Origin: Candidatus Delongbacteria bacterium
GTDB taxonomy: Bacteria; CAIWAD01
DNA length: 64,000 nt
Direction: 5' to 3'
Assembly: GCA_963663545.1 (NCBI GenBank)
Contig: OY760505.1
Location: 2,304,001-2,368,000, forward strand
Under the pieces are notes generated by a model, which was given only the letters and a program-made list of their open reading frames with translations, was not told the origin of the DNA and ran no database searches. Below, one piece after another: positions 7,557-17,928 of the stretch (position 1 is the stretch's first letter; every line of letters begins with the position of its first letter). The position numbers and the translations under genes are program-made.

Positions 7557-10500
7557 ATGCACTTCCCATCCTTCCCCCTTGTCCCGGCATCCCTGCTGGG
7601 TTTGGCGCTAGCATTGCCAATCAGTTCTTCCCTCTCCGCCGAGATGCCCAGTCGTCTTGACGGCACTCTGCCGGGCTTTCATCCCGCGCTCAAGCCGGTG
7701 GCGCTGGACCCGGTGGACGCTCTCCCGGCGGGCCTGGACTTGACGGTGTGTGCGTTTGCGCAGGTCGGCGACCAGTTCGCGCTGCGTCTGGCACTGGCAG
7801 ACGGAAAGCCCGTTGAGAACGGCTTGTTTCGTTTCAGTGCAGGTGAGGGCGTCGAGCGTGTCGAGTTGGAGTACGCGTCCGGCAGCAAAGCAATCCTGCG
7901 CAGTTGGAATGAAAAAGGCGAGCCGCAGGAGCAGTCGCTGATTGTGACTCGACAGCAAATGCACGGCAGCCCGGTTTTTGAGTTGTGGATGCCAGCTGCT
8001 GCGCTCAAGGGCACGAGTCTTGCCGCTGGTCCTGCTCACATCGAAAGTCTGCTTGGCGATCGCCTGGTAGACGAGATGAGCGCCGACGAAACACGCGACG
8101 GCGAGCGTACCGATCATCACGTCGCCTTTGTGCATCACGGCAACCAGGGTCTCACCTGGACCGATGTGCTCTGGGGTGACGAATCCTACAGCCATGAGCA
8201 GCACTGGGCCGACTACCTCGATACCGGCAGCGCGCACAACGGCTTCGACGAGTTGCTGGGCTTGCACGACGTGCTGGATGTTCCGGCCAATTTCCAGGTT
8301 GCGGGTCCGCTGCAGACGGCGGCCGAGTGGTACTATCCCACCGGCGGTACTGTCGAGGGCTTCAACGAGTGGATGGCTCGCGGGGTTGACGAGGGCTGGG
8401 CGGCTATTCTGGCTAGCGCTTATGCTCAGCATATCATGCCGTTCTCGAATGATTCCATGAACAATTGGGCCGTGCACGTCCACGCCGACATGTGCGAGTG
8501 GCGCTATGGCTACACGCCCCACGTGGCCTGGGTGCCGGAGCGCGTCTGGGTCAGCCCCAGCGACAACGACGGCAACGCCTGGGACACAAGCCCGCACGTC
8601 AACGACTGGATCGGCGACAACTGGCTGCCTCACGGCATTTACGGCGTCATCCTTGACCAAAGCGAGCATTGCGGCTATCAGGACAACTGGTCCAACGATC
8701 GCCACATCTATAGTATTAGCGTGCCCGACCAGGGCGACCTGAAGATCATTCCCATCAGCGGCGGCTTTACCGGCAATTGCCACCACGACGCCAGCGCTGC
8801 CTGGAGCGACATTCTGGGCTCCAGCTCCGACGAGCTGCTGGTCTACGGTACGGACTGGGAAGTGGCTGCAGAAGTGGCCGGTTTTGGCGACAGCTTCCCC
8901 AGCGCGCTGAATAACATGATCTGGCTGGTGCAGCAGATCGCTGCTACCGGCGGCAGTGTTGCCTCTGTCAAGCTCGACGAAGTGGTCGGCGGCTTCAGCG
9001 GCGGCCCCATCAACCTGCAGAACGGCACTTACGGTTTGCTGGGCGGTTTGGGTGGCTACGGCAGCGACTGGCTGAGTTCCGGCACACGCAATTCCTGGTA
9101 CGGCCACTGGGCCAGCAGCGCGTGTCACAGCGACCAGCATTCGCCGCAGTGGGATTACGGCACAGTGTGGAACAACACCTGGACCAATCTGATGTCCGCG
9201 CCCGCCAACGATCTGAGCGAGCTGGGCTGGTATGTGCTCATGACCAACATGTACGAGACCGGCTGGCACGACGGCAGCGACATCTCAGGCTGGATTCACC
9301 GCTACGCATCGCACATCAAGAACGCCAATGTTTACACTGAGGCCAGCCGCTGGGTCAACGGCGACTACGCCGTCACCACCAATGCTTACGCCAGCGACAT
9401 CGACATGGATGGCCAGGACGAAATCGTGATCCACAACGACCGCGTTTTCGCCGTCTTCGAAAGCGTCGGTGGCCGTGCGCAGTGGGTGTTCGTCAAAGGT
9501 CCGGGGTACGACGGCTCCGTGGTCGGCAGTTGCAGCGCTTACTGGGTGGACACCGAGGGCGACTACAACGACAATACATCGAGCAATCACATCGCCGCTT
9601 TCAGCGATGTATCACCGACCTACGAAAACGACCTCTACAGCATGAGCGTCGACACGGTCTCCACGGATCACGCCGAGATTACGCTGAGCTACGGCACCGT
9701 GAGCAAGACCATCAGCCTGGACAGCGGCAATCCATACTTGGTAGTGGATTACACGACCTCCGGTGATACATGGATCAAGCACGGCTTCACGCCCGACTAC
9801 ATGGATCTGCTGTGGAGCGCCCAGAGCGAGCGCATTTGGGATCCCACCGCCTCCTGGCCGCAGACTGACTGGTGCGGACAGCGCAATCCCAACACGGGAC
9901 TGACGGCGGCGCTGGTGCTGGGCAATGGCGGCGCGGAGCATTCCTCCGACTTCCAGGGCACCATATTGCGTGGCGACGAGATCAAGGGCAATGGCCGCTT
10001 CCGCTATCTGTTCTACGCAGGTGAGACCAGCGAACCCGACGCTCAGGGTCATGTGGCGGAGCTGGATCTGCTGGCCACTCAGAACATGGACGTGACTTCA
10101 CCGCAGCTTTCGCCCGTCGCTTCCTTCCTGTCGCCCAACAAGGCTATTCTGACCTTCTCCGAATCGGTGGACGCGACGACGGCGGCGAACACGGCCAACT
10201 ACACCCTGAGTGGTATGCCTGGTGTGACGGTGACTTCGGCCGCCCGTCAGGCCGACTGGACGCGCGTGGCCCTTGATCTGAGCGGCCTCAGCAGTGGCAT
10301 CAGCGGCACCATCTCGGTGCAGAACCTCACTGATATTGCGGGTAACCTGATTGACCCGGCCAACAATACCGCCAGCTTCTCCATGCCCGACGGCCTGACT
10401 CCGCATTCCATTCTGGTGGACGGTCTCAATGACTTCCTGCCTGCCTACGAGTGGATGGACGAGAGCGCGGACAGCCTTTTCATCACCTGGGACAGCACGA

Positions 10501-11219
10501 ACCTGTACATCGGCTTCCACGGTCGTAACCTGGCCACCGGCGATTTCTTCGTGCACATCGACACCGATCTGGTGGCCGCTTCCGGCGCCAGCCGTGGCAG
10601 CTGGGGCCGTCTGGGCTTCAGCAGCGAGCATCGCCCCGAGTACGAAATCTGCGTTGAGGGCGGCGGCAACAGCATGCAGATCAACCACTGGACCGGCAGC
10701 GCCTGGAGCTATCTTGGCTTCGGCAGCCACGGCGGCAGCAGCTACGAGGGCTGGTCCGGCAACACCATGAGCGAGTTCAGCATTCCCTGGGCCGACTTGG
10801 GTAGCCCGACGGGAATCGCCATTGCAGCTTCGTTCAGCGAAGAAGACAACTGGATCACGACGCTTAGCTGGCCGGAGAGCAATCCTACCGGCAACAACGT
10901 CACGCTGACCGATTGGTGGATCTACGCCGAGCCGGTTATCGCAGGCCCGATGCCGCTGATGGGCATTGCGCCCAACAATCCCGGCAGCGGCGGCGAAGAG
11001 CTCGATCCGGTGACGGATCTGCAGATCAGCTACGTCAGCGCCACACAGCTACGTTTGAGCTGGAGCGCGGTGGACGGCGCGAGCGCTTACAACATCTTCG
11101 CCTCTGACGATGCCTTCGATTTCACGGCTGAGGTCCTACTGGACCAGACCAGCCTTCTCGAGTACTATGTATCACCGGCGGAAGCCAAGCGCTTCTATCG
11201 AGTGGTCGCGGTCGACTAA
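7557..11219 (+). CDS. Large secreted GH57-like glycoside hydrolase with Ig-like, DOMON/CBM9-like and C-terminal Fn3-like domains
   Basis: Signal peptide; HHGNQ, WVPERVW (nucleophile Glu), YGTDWE (acid/base); LTFSESVD..TA...NY Ig motif; LFITWDSTNLYIG. Confidence 0.7.
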   Translation: MHFPSFPLVPASLLGLALALPISSSLSAEMPSRLDGTLPGFHPALKPVALDPVDALPAGLDLTVCAFAQVGDQFALRLALADGKPVENGLFRFSAGEGVERVELEYASGSKAILRSWNEKGEPQEQSLIVTRQQMHGSPVFELWMPAAALKGTSLAAGPAHIESLLGDRLVDEMSADETRDGERTDHHVAFVHHGNQGLTWTDVLWGDESYSHEQHWADYLDTGSAHNGFDELLGLHDVLDVPANFQVAGPLQTAAEWYYPTGGTVEGFNEWMARGVDEGWAAILASAYAQHIMPFSNDSMNNWAVHVHADMCEWRYGYTPHVAWVPERVWVSPSDNDGNAWDTSPHVNDWIGDNWLPHGIYGVILDQSEHCGYQDNWSNDRHIYSISVPDQGDLKIIPISGGFTGNCHHDASAAWSDILGSSSDELLVYGTDWEVAAEVAGFGDSFPSALNNMIWLVQQIAATGGSVASVKLDEVVGGFSGGPINLQNGTYGLLGGLGGYGSDWLSSGTRNSWYGHWASSACHSDQHSPQWDYGTVWNNTWTNLMSAPANDLSELGWYVLMTNMYETGWHDGSDISGWIHRYASHIKNANVYTEASRWVNGDYAVTTNAYASDIDMDGQDEIVIHNDRVFAVFESVGGRAQWVFVKGPGYDGSVVGSCSAYWVDTEGDYNDNTSSNHIAAFSDVSPTYENDLYSMSVDTVSTDHAEITLSYGTVSKTISLDSGNPYLVVDYTTSGDTWIKHGFTPDYMDLLWSAQSERIWDPTASWPQTDWCGQRNPNTGLTAALVLGNGGAEHSSDFQGTILRGDEIKGNGRFRYLFYAGETSEPDAQGHVAELDLLATQNMDVTSPQLSPVASFLSPNKAILTFSESVDATTAANTANYTLSGMPGVTVTSAARQADWTRVALDLSGLSSGISGTISVQNLTDIAGNLIDPANNTASFSMPDGLTPHSILVDGLNDFLPAYEWMDESADSLFITWDSTNLYIGFHGRNLATGDFFVHIDTDLVAASGASRGSWGRLGFSSEHRPEYEICVEGGGNSMQINHWTGSAWSYLGFGSHGGSSYEGWSGNTMSEFSIPWADLGSPTGIAIAASFSEEDNWITTLSWPESNPTGNNVTLTDWWIYAEPVIAGPMPLMGIAPNNPGSGGEELDPVTDLQISYVSATQLRLSWSAVDGASAYNIFASDDAFDFTAEVLLDQTSLLEYYVSPAEAKRFYRVVAVD

Positions 11220-11290
11220 AGGATTCATTTTTGAAATAGCTGCCCCTTGGCAGGATTTCATGAACCACTGACCTAGTTACAGGAGACGTT

Positions 11291-12958
11291 ATGAAAAAGA
11301 GTTTCAGCCTGCTGGCCGCTGGCGTGATGCTGGCCGCCTTCGCGCAGACTGCCTTTGCCGTGGTCGACGACGCCCTTCTGCAGTGGCCCTACTCCGGAAC
11401 CACGCAGTCCAATGGTGTTGGTATCACCTTCTATTCCCGCGTTCTAAAGACCGGTTGCACCGGCGTTTGTGATCCCGAGATTGTGGCCTGTGCCGATCTG
11501 ATTCCGACCCTGTATTATCGCGCTGAGGGAGCTACCGAGTACACCAGTGCTACAATGGCACTGAACACCGGTGACTGCTACAATCCTTGGGAAGAGTACA
11601 TCGGCGTGATCCCCGTGGAGGCCCTCACCGGCTCCCAGGTGGACTTCTACGTGGAGTACGAGGACATCACCGACAGCAGCACGCTGACCTTCCGCAAGCA
11701 CGACGACACAGGCGTGGTGTATACCGCTGAGAGTCCCGCCTACTTCCTGCTGTCCGATGCCACCACTGCCGAGTTCACTCTGCACGTGACCGGTGATTTC
11801 CACTGTGTCACGCCCAGCGGTGCTGGCCCCGGCATCTCCGGTATGTTCAATGGTTGGACCTATCAGGCCATGACCGCCGTTGGCGATGGTACTTATACCT
11901 ATGACATCGTGTACCCGGTGGGCTCTGATCCGATTCAGCAGTTCAAGTTCCGTAACGGTGATGGCTGGGAGAACCTGCCCGACAATGGCAACCGTGAGTA
12001 CACCATTGCTCCGGGCGCCACTTCGGACAGCTACCTGGGTTACTGGAACAACGAAGAAGAGTGTTCCTGCGATGAGCAACCGCTGAACAACAGCCAGGTT
12101 GTCATTTTCAGCGTCGACATGCAGCATCAGGATCCCGCCATGTACGCCGGTGGCGTGAGTGTGCAGGGTAACTATGCACCGCTGACTTGGAACCCTGGTG
12201 AGAACCTGATGGCGGATCAGGGCGGTGGTCTCTTCACGATTGGTCTGACCCTGCCTGCGGGTACTTTGAATACTCTTGAGTACAAGTTCACCTGCAGTGC
12301 GGATGGTACGAACTGGAGCTGGGAGAGTGTGGACAACCGTCCCGAGTGCCTGGATCCCGATGCCTACACCACAGCCCTCGAGGTTCAGTTCTGGAACAAC
12401 TACGAGCCCCCGACAGTGAGCACCGTCGACATCGACGTGACCTTCCAGGTTGACATGAACTGCCTCGATGCCGCCTACTATGCTGGTGGAGTGAGCGTTC
12501 AGGGTGGTGCTGCTCCGCTGGATTGGACCTCCGGTTCCACGCTGCTGAGCGACGCCGACATGAACGGTATCTATGATGTCACTTTAACCTTCCCCGCCGG
12601 TACGGCCCTTGAGTTCGGTCACAAGTTCAACTTCAGCACCGATGGCGTGAACTGGAACTGGGAAGACAACATCAGCGACCGCATGGTCTATCTGAACGAC
12701 GCCGAGACCACCGTGGTTCTGGATGTGGTTCGTTGGGACAACTGGATGTGCGGCCTTGATCTGTCCATCGCTCCCCAGGGCGCAAACGTGGTCCTCAGCT
12801 GGGATGCCGTTGGTACGGGTTACACCTACCACATCTACAGCACCGATGAGGCCTACACCACCTTCACGCTGCTCCAGTCCACTACTGACACCAGCGTGAC
12901 GATTCCTGCCAGCGACAAGGGCTTCTACTATGTGACCTACGAGATGGTCGCCGAGTAA
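11291..12958 (+). CDS. Secreted protein with three CBM20-like repeats and a C-terminal Fn3-like domain
   Basis: Signal peptide; repeats V.F.VDM...GGVSVQG...PL.W...P.GT...[YH]KF...W.WE...R...W.N; AGGAG SD. Confidence 0.75.
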   Translation: MKKSFSLLAAGVMLAAFAQTAFAVVDDALLQWPYSGTTQSNGVGITFYSRVLKTGCTGVCDPEIVACADLIPTLYYRAEGATEYTSATMALNTGDCYNPWEEYIGVIPVEALTGSQVDFYVEYEDITDSSTLTFRKHDDTGVVYTAESPAYFLLSDATTAEFTLHVTGDFHCVTPSGAGPGISGMFNGWTYQAMTAVGDGTYTYDIVYPVGSDPIQQFKFRNGDGWENLPDNGNREYTIAPGATSDSYLGYWNNEEECSCDEQPLNNSQVVIFSVDMQHQDPAMYAGGVSVQGNYAPLTWNPGENLMADQGGGLFTIGLTLPAGTLNTLEYKFTCSADGTNWSWESVDNRPECLDPDAYTTALEVQFWNNYEPPTVSTVDIDVTFQVDMNCLDAAYYAGGVSVQGGAAPLDWTSGSTLLSDADMNGIYDVTLTFPAGTALEFGHKFNFSTDGVNWNWEDNISDRMVYLNDAETTVVLDVVRWDNWMCGLDLSIAPQGANVVLSWDAVGTGYTYHIYSTDEAYTTFTLLQSTTDTSVTIPASDKGFYYVTYEMVAE

Positions 12959-12979
12959 GCGCTGCCTTTGACAGCTTTC

Positions 12980-13013
12980 AGGGCCGGCTTCCGCGAGGGT
13001 GTCGGCCCTTTTT
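12980..13013 (+). terminator. Intrinsic terminator
   Basis: gggccggc...gtcggccc stem then ttttt, about 20 nt after the stop. Confidence 0.8.
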
Positions 13014-13083
13014 GTATCACGCCTTTGCGGTTGCGCCAGCTTCAAACTGTGCCCTATCTTGAAGCAGGAGTTCAGGAGGCTAC

Positions 13084-15255
13084 ATGCGGCTCGTTCTACT
13101 TGTGTTACTGGTGATCGTCAATGCGTCTGCCTCGGTCGTATCACACGGTCCAGATGAGTTCAGTCTGCTTGTTGAATTTCGATACATCGGGTCTGCGGAG
13201 AGTGTGTCTGTGGCAGGTGAGTTCAGCCGCTGGGCGCACGCGCCGATTCCGCTAGCCATAGGGGAGAAGGGCACTTTCAGTACCACATTGCGCCTGGATC
13301 ACGGCCTGCACGAGTACAAGTTTATCGTAGACGGCGAATGGATTCCCGACCCGGACAACCCGGCACGCACACGCAATGATTTTGGCTTAGCCAACTCCGT
13401 GTTCTTTTTGCAGGCGAACGGTACCCTGGAGTTAACAACAGAAGTGCCCGAGCAAATAGAGTTGCTACCCGCACAAGACGGTGATACGCCCGTCGACCTT
13501 GTTCTACTCTGGCAGCAGCACATGCCCTGGTTGTCCGACCCGGTCGAAGATCAGCTTCTAGGTCCCTGGTTGCGAGTACATGCCGCCAAGGACTATCTCG
13601 ACATGGCGCTGCGCTTGCGTGATACGGAGCTAAGCGCCTGTATCAGTCTTTCGGGTGTGCTGCTCTATCAATTGCACACCTACTATCTGGAGCGCTTTGT
13701 TCCTTGCCTGGATCATGCCTATCGACGTGTGACACAAGAGTATGAAGAGTCTGCGCGCGGTCACACCGACCCCTGGCTGGATCTGCTGTTACTGCCCGTA
13801 CTGGATCCAGACGATGAGCAACAGAGCGGATTGCTTTGGCGCAACGCATGGAGTTGCCTTTCCTTTTCGGATGAATTAGCCGCACGTTGGCCGCGATTGC
13901 TCCAGCTACGTGATACAATTCGAGCCGGAAATCTTCCAGATGCGGATACGGCTGCTGAACTGCTGACTCTCTTTCATCTGGTCTGGATGGATCCAATGTT
14001 CTTGCGCGGCCCTGTCCCGCTGCCAAGCGGTGATACACTTCGTGTCTGCGATCTGGTCGAAGAGCACGCCGGAGTGTGGTCTGCGCCAGCTTGGGATGCC
14101 GTCGCTCGCGAGCGCCTGGCTTTCGAGTACGGCCTGATTCTGGAGAACGTGATACCCGCGCATCGTCAGTTGCTGGAGTCGGCTTCTACGGCTGGTGAAT
14201 CCAGAGTTGAAATAGCCACAACTCCATTCGCGCACCCCATTCTTCCTTTGCTGATAGACGCCGGTTGTGCGGCAGATCGCATGCCGGGAGCCACGCTACC
14301 CACATTCGCACATCCTGAATGGGCGCGTGTGCACGTAGAGCTGGGGCGCAATCAGTTTGCCACGCTTTTCGGTCGTGACCCAAACGGCTTCTGGCCGGGT
14401 GAAGGTGCTGTCAGTCGTGATGCGCTGTCCATGCTTGGTGTTGCGGGTCTACGCTGGGCGGCAACGGGTGGCGAGGTCCCCGATGTGGATCACCCGGCAC
14501 ATCGCGCTGGCGCTTTTCGTTTTGTATCACAGGACGACAGCATACTTGTGTTGCTGCGTCACACGGAGCTCTCGCGCTCCATCGGCTGGCGCTATCGGCG
14601 CTACCCTGGCCCGGCAGCGGCACATGACCTGGTCAATCGCATCCTTGTGGAACATATGCGTCATCCTCAAGCTGCGATTACGTTGGTTTTGGATGGCGAA
14701 AACGCCTGGGAGTTCTTCGAGCTGGATCACGATGCCGACGCCTTCCTTCAGGAGTTGTATCACAGCTTGGAACAAATGCAACGCGCAGGGCGCATTCGCA
14801 CGATGACGCCCTCGCAGTTTGTTGCGCGTGGTATGAAGCTGCCATGTATCACAATGCAGGATGAAGAAGCACTGCCGGCAGGAAGCTGGATTCACGGCGA
14901 TCTATCTACATGGATCGGTGAGCCTGAAGAGAATGAAGCCTGGCGTTTGTTGGAGATGGCCACAACAATGACGGGAAACGATTTACGGCACTTTGCTGTG
15001 ACACACGGTCTGGATCTGGCGGCTTTAGCCTTTCATCCAGACGCAGAAGTGCGTGAACGTGTGATTCATCTGCTGGCGGCGCAAGGCAGTGATTGGTGCT
15101 GGTGGTATGGAGCTGATCGTCGAGCACTTGAGGGCGACGAATTCTGGGATCAGCTCTATTTGCGATTGCTGCGATCGCTTCTACCGGCAGAGGAAATCCC
15201 GGAGAGTCTGCTTTTGCAGCAAAACGGAACAGCAACGGGAAGTACCTTGGACTAG
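13084..15255 (+). CDS. CBM48 + GH57 amylopullulanase-like enzyme
   Basis: VSVAGEFSRW...HEYKFIVDGEWIPDPDNP (CBM48); WQQHMP, TTPFAHPILPLL, WPGEGAV, LDGENAW, AQGSDW.WW. Confidence 0.85.
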   Translation: MRLVLLVLLVIVNASASVVSHGPDEFSLLVEFRYIGSAESVSVAGEFSRWAHAPIPLAIGEKGTFSTTLRLDHGLHEYKFIVDGEWIPDPDNPARTRNDFGLANSVFFLQANGTLELTTEVPEQIELLPAQDGDTPVDLVLLWQQHMPWLSDPVEDQLLGPWLRVHAAKDYLDMALRLRDTELSACISLSGVLLYQLHTYYLERFVPCLDHAYRRVTQEYEESARGHTDPWLDLLLLPVLDPDDEQQSGLLWRNAWSCLSFSDELAARWPRLLQLRDTIRAGNLPDADTAAELLTLFHLVWMDPMFLRGPVPLPSGDTLRVCDLVEEHAGVWSAPAWDAVARERLAFEYGLILENVIPAHRQLLESASTAGESRVEIATTPFAHPILPLLIDAGCAADRMPGATLPTFAHPEWARVHVELGRNQFATLFGRDPNGFWPGEGAVSRDALSMLGVAGLRWAATGGEVPDVDHPAHRAGAFRFVSQDDSILVLLRHTELSRSIGWRYRRYPGPAAAHDLVNRILVEHMRHPQAAITLVLDGENAWEFFELDHDADAFLQELYHSLEQMQRAGRIRTMTPSQFVARGMKLPCITMQDEEALPAGSWIHGDLSTWIGEPEENEAWRLLEMATTMTGNDLRHFAVTHGLDLAALAFHPDAEVRERVIHLLAAQGSDWCWWYGADRRALEGDEFWDQLYLRLLRSLLPAEEIPESLLLQQNGTATGSTLD

Positions 15256-15290
15256 CGACTCGGTTCACTAAGACGACGATACGGGGAATC

Positions 15291-15887
15291 ATGGGCGTTT
15301 GGCCGAAATTCGATCCAGAGTGTATCACGGAAAGAGAGTGCTGCTACCCTGTGCCAATGGCCTACCATGATGAGCTGCCGCAATCTGATTCTTGTGGAGT
15401 TTTTGGCGCAGATCGCGGAGATCGCACACATGCTGGCGTTGATGTTTATGCTGCTGCAGGGGCTTCGGTTTGTGCCGCCCTTGCGGGCGTTGTGCTGGAA
15501 GTTGCCGAGTTCTCTTCGCCCGCAATCAATGGTTATTGGAATCGGACTTTCCAGGTGATTGTGGATCACGGCGGCTTCTATCTGCGCTACGCAGAGCTTG
15601 GCGATGTCGTTGTGCAAGCAGGGCAGCGACTGCAAGTTGCCGACATGCTGGGCGTAGTGGGGCAGATTCTTGAATCTGGCCGTGTCACGGCAACAGCACC
15701 CACCTACATACGCAATCTAGTTCAGCAGCAACGCACCAGCATGCTGCATCTGGAGCTTTGGATGGAGCCGCCGTGTAGTAGCGAGGAGTACTCTGGTGGC
15801 AACTTCTTTGGAGCGCTCCCTGAAAGCGTATGCGATCCCGCGCCGCTACTTACGCGGATTCGTGAGCGTTGCCGGTCTAAGATGTAG
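15291..15887 (+). CDS. M23 family peptidase-like protein
   Basis: HAGVDVY motif and MLHLE; the middle His is replaced (RYAEL). Confidence 0.75.
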   Translation: MGVWPKFDPECITERECCYPVPMAYHDELPQSDSCGVFGADRGDRTHAGVDVYAAAGASVCAALAGVVLEVAEFSSPAINGYWNRTFQVIVDHGGFYLRYAELGDVVVQAGQRLQVADMLGVVGQILESGRVTATAPTYIRNLVQQQRTSMLHLELWMEPPCSSEEYSGGNFFGALPESVCDPAPLLTRIRERCRSKM

Positions 15888-16076
15888 TTCGCGGCTCCCT
15901 TCATGCCGCAAGCCAAGCGTCTGCGAGCACACAAAACACTCACCTCGCGCAATTTTCCTGAAACCCTCTCCGTCTTCTCTGGCCGTGGGTGCTTCTCCTT
16001 TTGGAGACCATCCCGATCCCCATCCCCTTTGCGCGCGACGAAGTTCACGGGATCCCGAAAAGCCGGAGGAATTCCC

Positions 16077-16817
16077 ATGCGACTCACTGTCCTGTTGGCG
16101 GGTCTCGTCCTGTTGTCTGGTTTTTGCGGCTGCAGCAGCGACGATAACGATGACCCCACCGCGCTGGATTTGCGCGGACACGTAACCGGTGCGTCGGGCC
16201 AAGCCATTCCCGATGCCATTATTCAGCTAGGCTATCGCCTGGAAGGTCTAAGCGAAGATCCGCACGAGGATCCGGTCATAGACGATGACCTAGGCAGCTG
16301 TCGTATTCCCGTTTCAATTGACGAAGACGGAGTGCTTCACGTTTGGGTGACGCGGCACGGACAAAGCGAAGTCGTTGCCAGCGTCATGCATGGACAGATT
16401 GGAGCAGGCAGCTATGACCTGTTCTGGAACAAGCGTGATACAAGCGGAATGCTGGTTGCCAGCGGCATTTACGATGTGCACGTTGAGATCGACGAAAGCA
16501 GTAGCAGTTGCGCCTATCTGATCAACAATTCCTACGACGATTGCTGGTACTTGAATGAGCTCTGCTGCGTGGCCAGCACAGACGAGGAAGGCTGGTTCAG
16601 CATCAACCAGCGATGCCTGGCCTTCAATTGTCTGGACGCCGCCGCATTGTTTGGGGAGGACGGCGAGTTGTTGACAGGAGCCAGCTTTCAGCGCAGCGTG
16701 CGTTTGTGGGTCATGCACGACAACTATTACAAGGTCTGCGTTGACTCGGTTTACGTAGATCCGGAGCAGGGCGCAACCCTTGAGATTGGAATGACCTTGC
16801 TTCCCTATGGCAGATGA
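16077..16817 (+). CDS. Lipoprotein with FlgD-like Ig domain
   Basis: GGAGGA SD, lipobox FCGC, AGSYDLFWNKRDTSGMLVASGIY. Confidence 0.7.
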   Translation: MRLTVLLAGLVLLSGFCGCSSDDNDDPTALDLRGHVTGASGQAIPDAIIQLGYRLEGLSEDPHEDPVIDDDLGSCRIPVSIDEDGVLHVWVTRHGQSEVVASVMHGQIGAGSYDLFWNKRDTSGMLVASGIYDVHVEIDESSSSCAYLINNSYDDCWYLNELCCVASTDEEGWFSINQRCLAFNCLDAAALFGEDGELLTGASFQRSVRLWVMHDNYYKVCVDSVYVDPEQGATLEIGMTLLPYGR

Positions 16818-16886
16818 ACCTCTTCTGTGATACACTCTCCCTGTGGGGCGGGCAAGGGTCCGCCCCTCTTTCATTTTGGAGTAGCA

Positions 16887-17792
16887 ATGAAGACGCGGAG
16901 TTTGGTTTGTTTCCTTGTTGGCGCAGTGGCGTTTGTGCATCTGAGCGCCGCTCATGTTGGAACACAGAGGATCCCCACTCGTTTTTTGCCCGAGCTGACC
17001 GCTAGCGCCGCCATCGAGCTGGCACCCGCCATGCATCCTTCCGGCGAGGAGTTCTGCTTCACGCGTATGATGCCCGGATCGCCCTCTGTGCTGCTGTTGA
17101 TGCAGGCTCACGATGGCGAATGGTCAGCGCCAAAGGCCTTTGTTCACGCCTCTGTTGCAGATGACGCTGCCGCCTGTTACTCGCCCGATGGATCACGCCT
17201 GTACTTCCTTTCCAAACGTCCCACGAGCACTGGGGAAGATGCACGCGCCGAGTTTCACCTCTGGTTCTGCGAACGCAAGGGTGATACATGGGCCGAGCCT
17301 CGTGAGCTTCAGTTTCCGCTGGGTTCGCCAAGTGGAGAAGGCCGTCCTACGTTTAGCGCCGACGGCATGATGTATTACGTCGCCGAGTATCCCGAATTGG
17401 GCGGTGAAGGCATCTACTGCTGCCAGTTGACGGATGGAGTTCCCGGCATGCCCCGGCGTCTGCCGGATGAAATCAACGCCTGCGGCAAAGTGGCGGTTGA
17501 ACCCTGTATCACAGCTGACGGCAATTGTCTGATCTTCTATTCGGCCGGGCGTGAAGACAATCAGAGCCAGCGGATGCTGAAAGGCGATTTGTACTACAGC
17601 CATCGCCAAAGCGGAGCGTGGACACCAGCCTTGCCTCTGCCCTTTCCCATCAACACAAGCAACGAAGAGAGCATGCCCGCCATCAGCGCCGATGGCAGCC
17701 GTTTGTTGTTTGCCAGCGATCGCACGCCGGGGCAGTCGTTTCCGGATCTTTATCAGGTTCAGCTTCCGCCTGAAGTTATGAGCCGGAAGTGA
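16887..17792 (+). CDS. TolB-like/PD40 beta-propeller secreted protein
   Basis: Repeats YSPDGSRLYFLS, PTFSADG, PCITADG, PAISADGSRLLFASDR. Confidence 0.85.
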   Translation: MKTRSLVCFLVGAVAFVHLSAAHVGTQRIPTRFLPELTASAAIELAPAMHPSGEEFCFTRMMPGSPSVLLLMQAHDGEWSAPKAFVHASVADDAAACYSPDGSRLYFLSKRPTSTGEDARAEFHLWFCERKGDTWAEPRELQFPLGSPSGEGRPTFSADGMMYYVAEYPELGGEGIYCCQLTDGVPGMPRRLPDEINACGKVAVEPCITADGNCLIFYSAGREDNQSQRMLKGDLYYSHRQSGAWTPALPLPFPINTSNEESMPAISADGSRLLFASDRTPGQSFPDLYQVQLPPEVMSRK

Positions 17793-17928
17793 TTGCGCTA
17801 CTTCCCTTTGCTGCGACCGATACGGAAGATTGCCAAAAGCGCGCAGGTCGTGCGTATCATCGCCCCCTCCTTGATCCATAACCTTTATATTTCGGCTTCT
17901 GACCTATCAGTACAAGCCGGGGAATTCC

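Noticed and set aside
7608..9269. 553-aa antisense ORF and many other long overlapping ORFs
   Set aside because: Shadow frames of GC3-biased genes on the opposite strand, with no recognisable motifs
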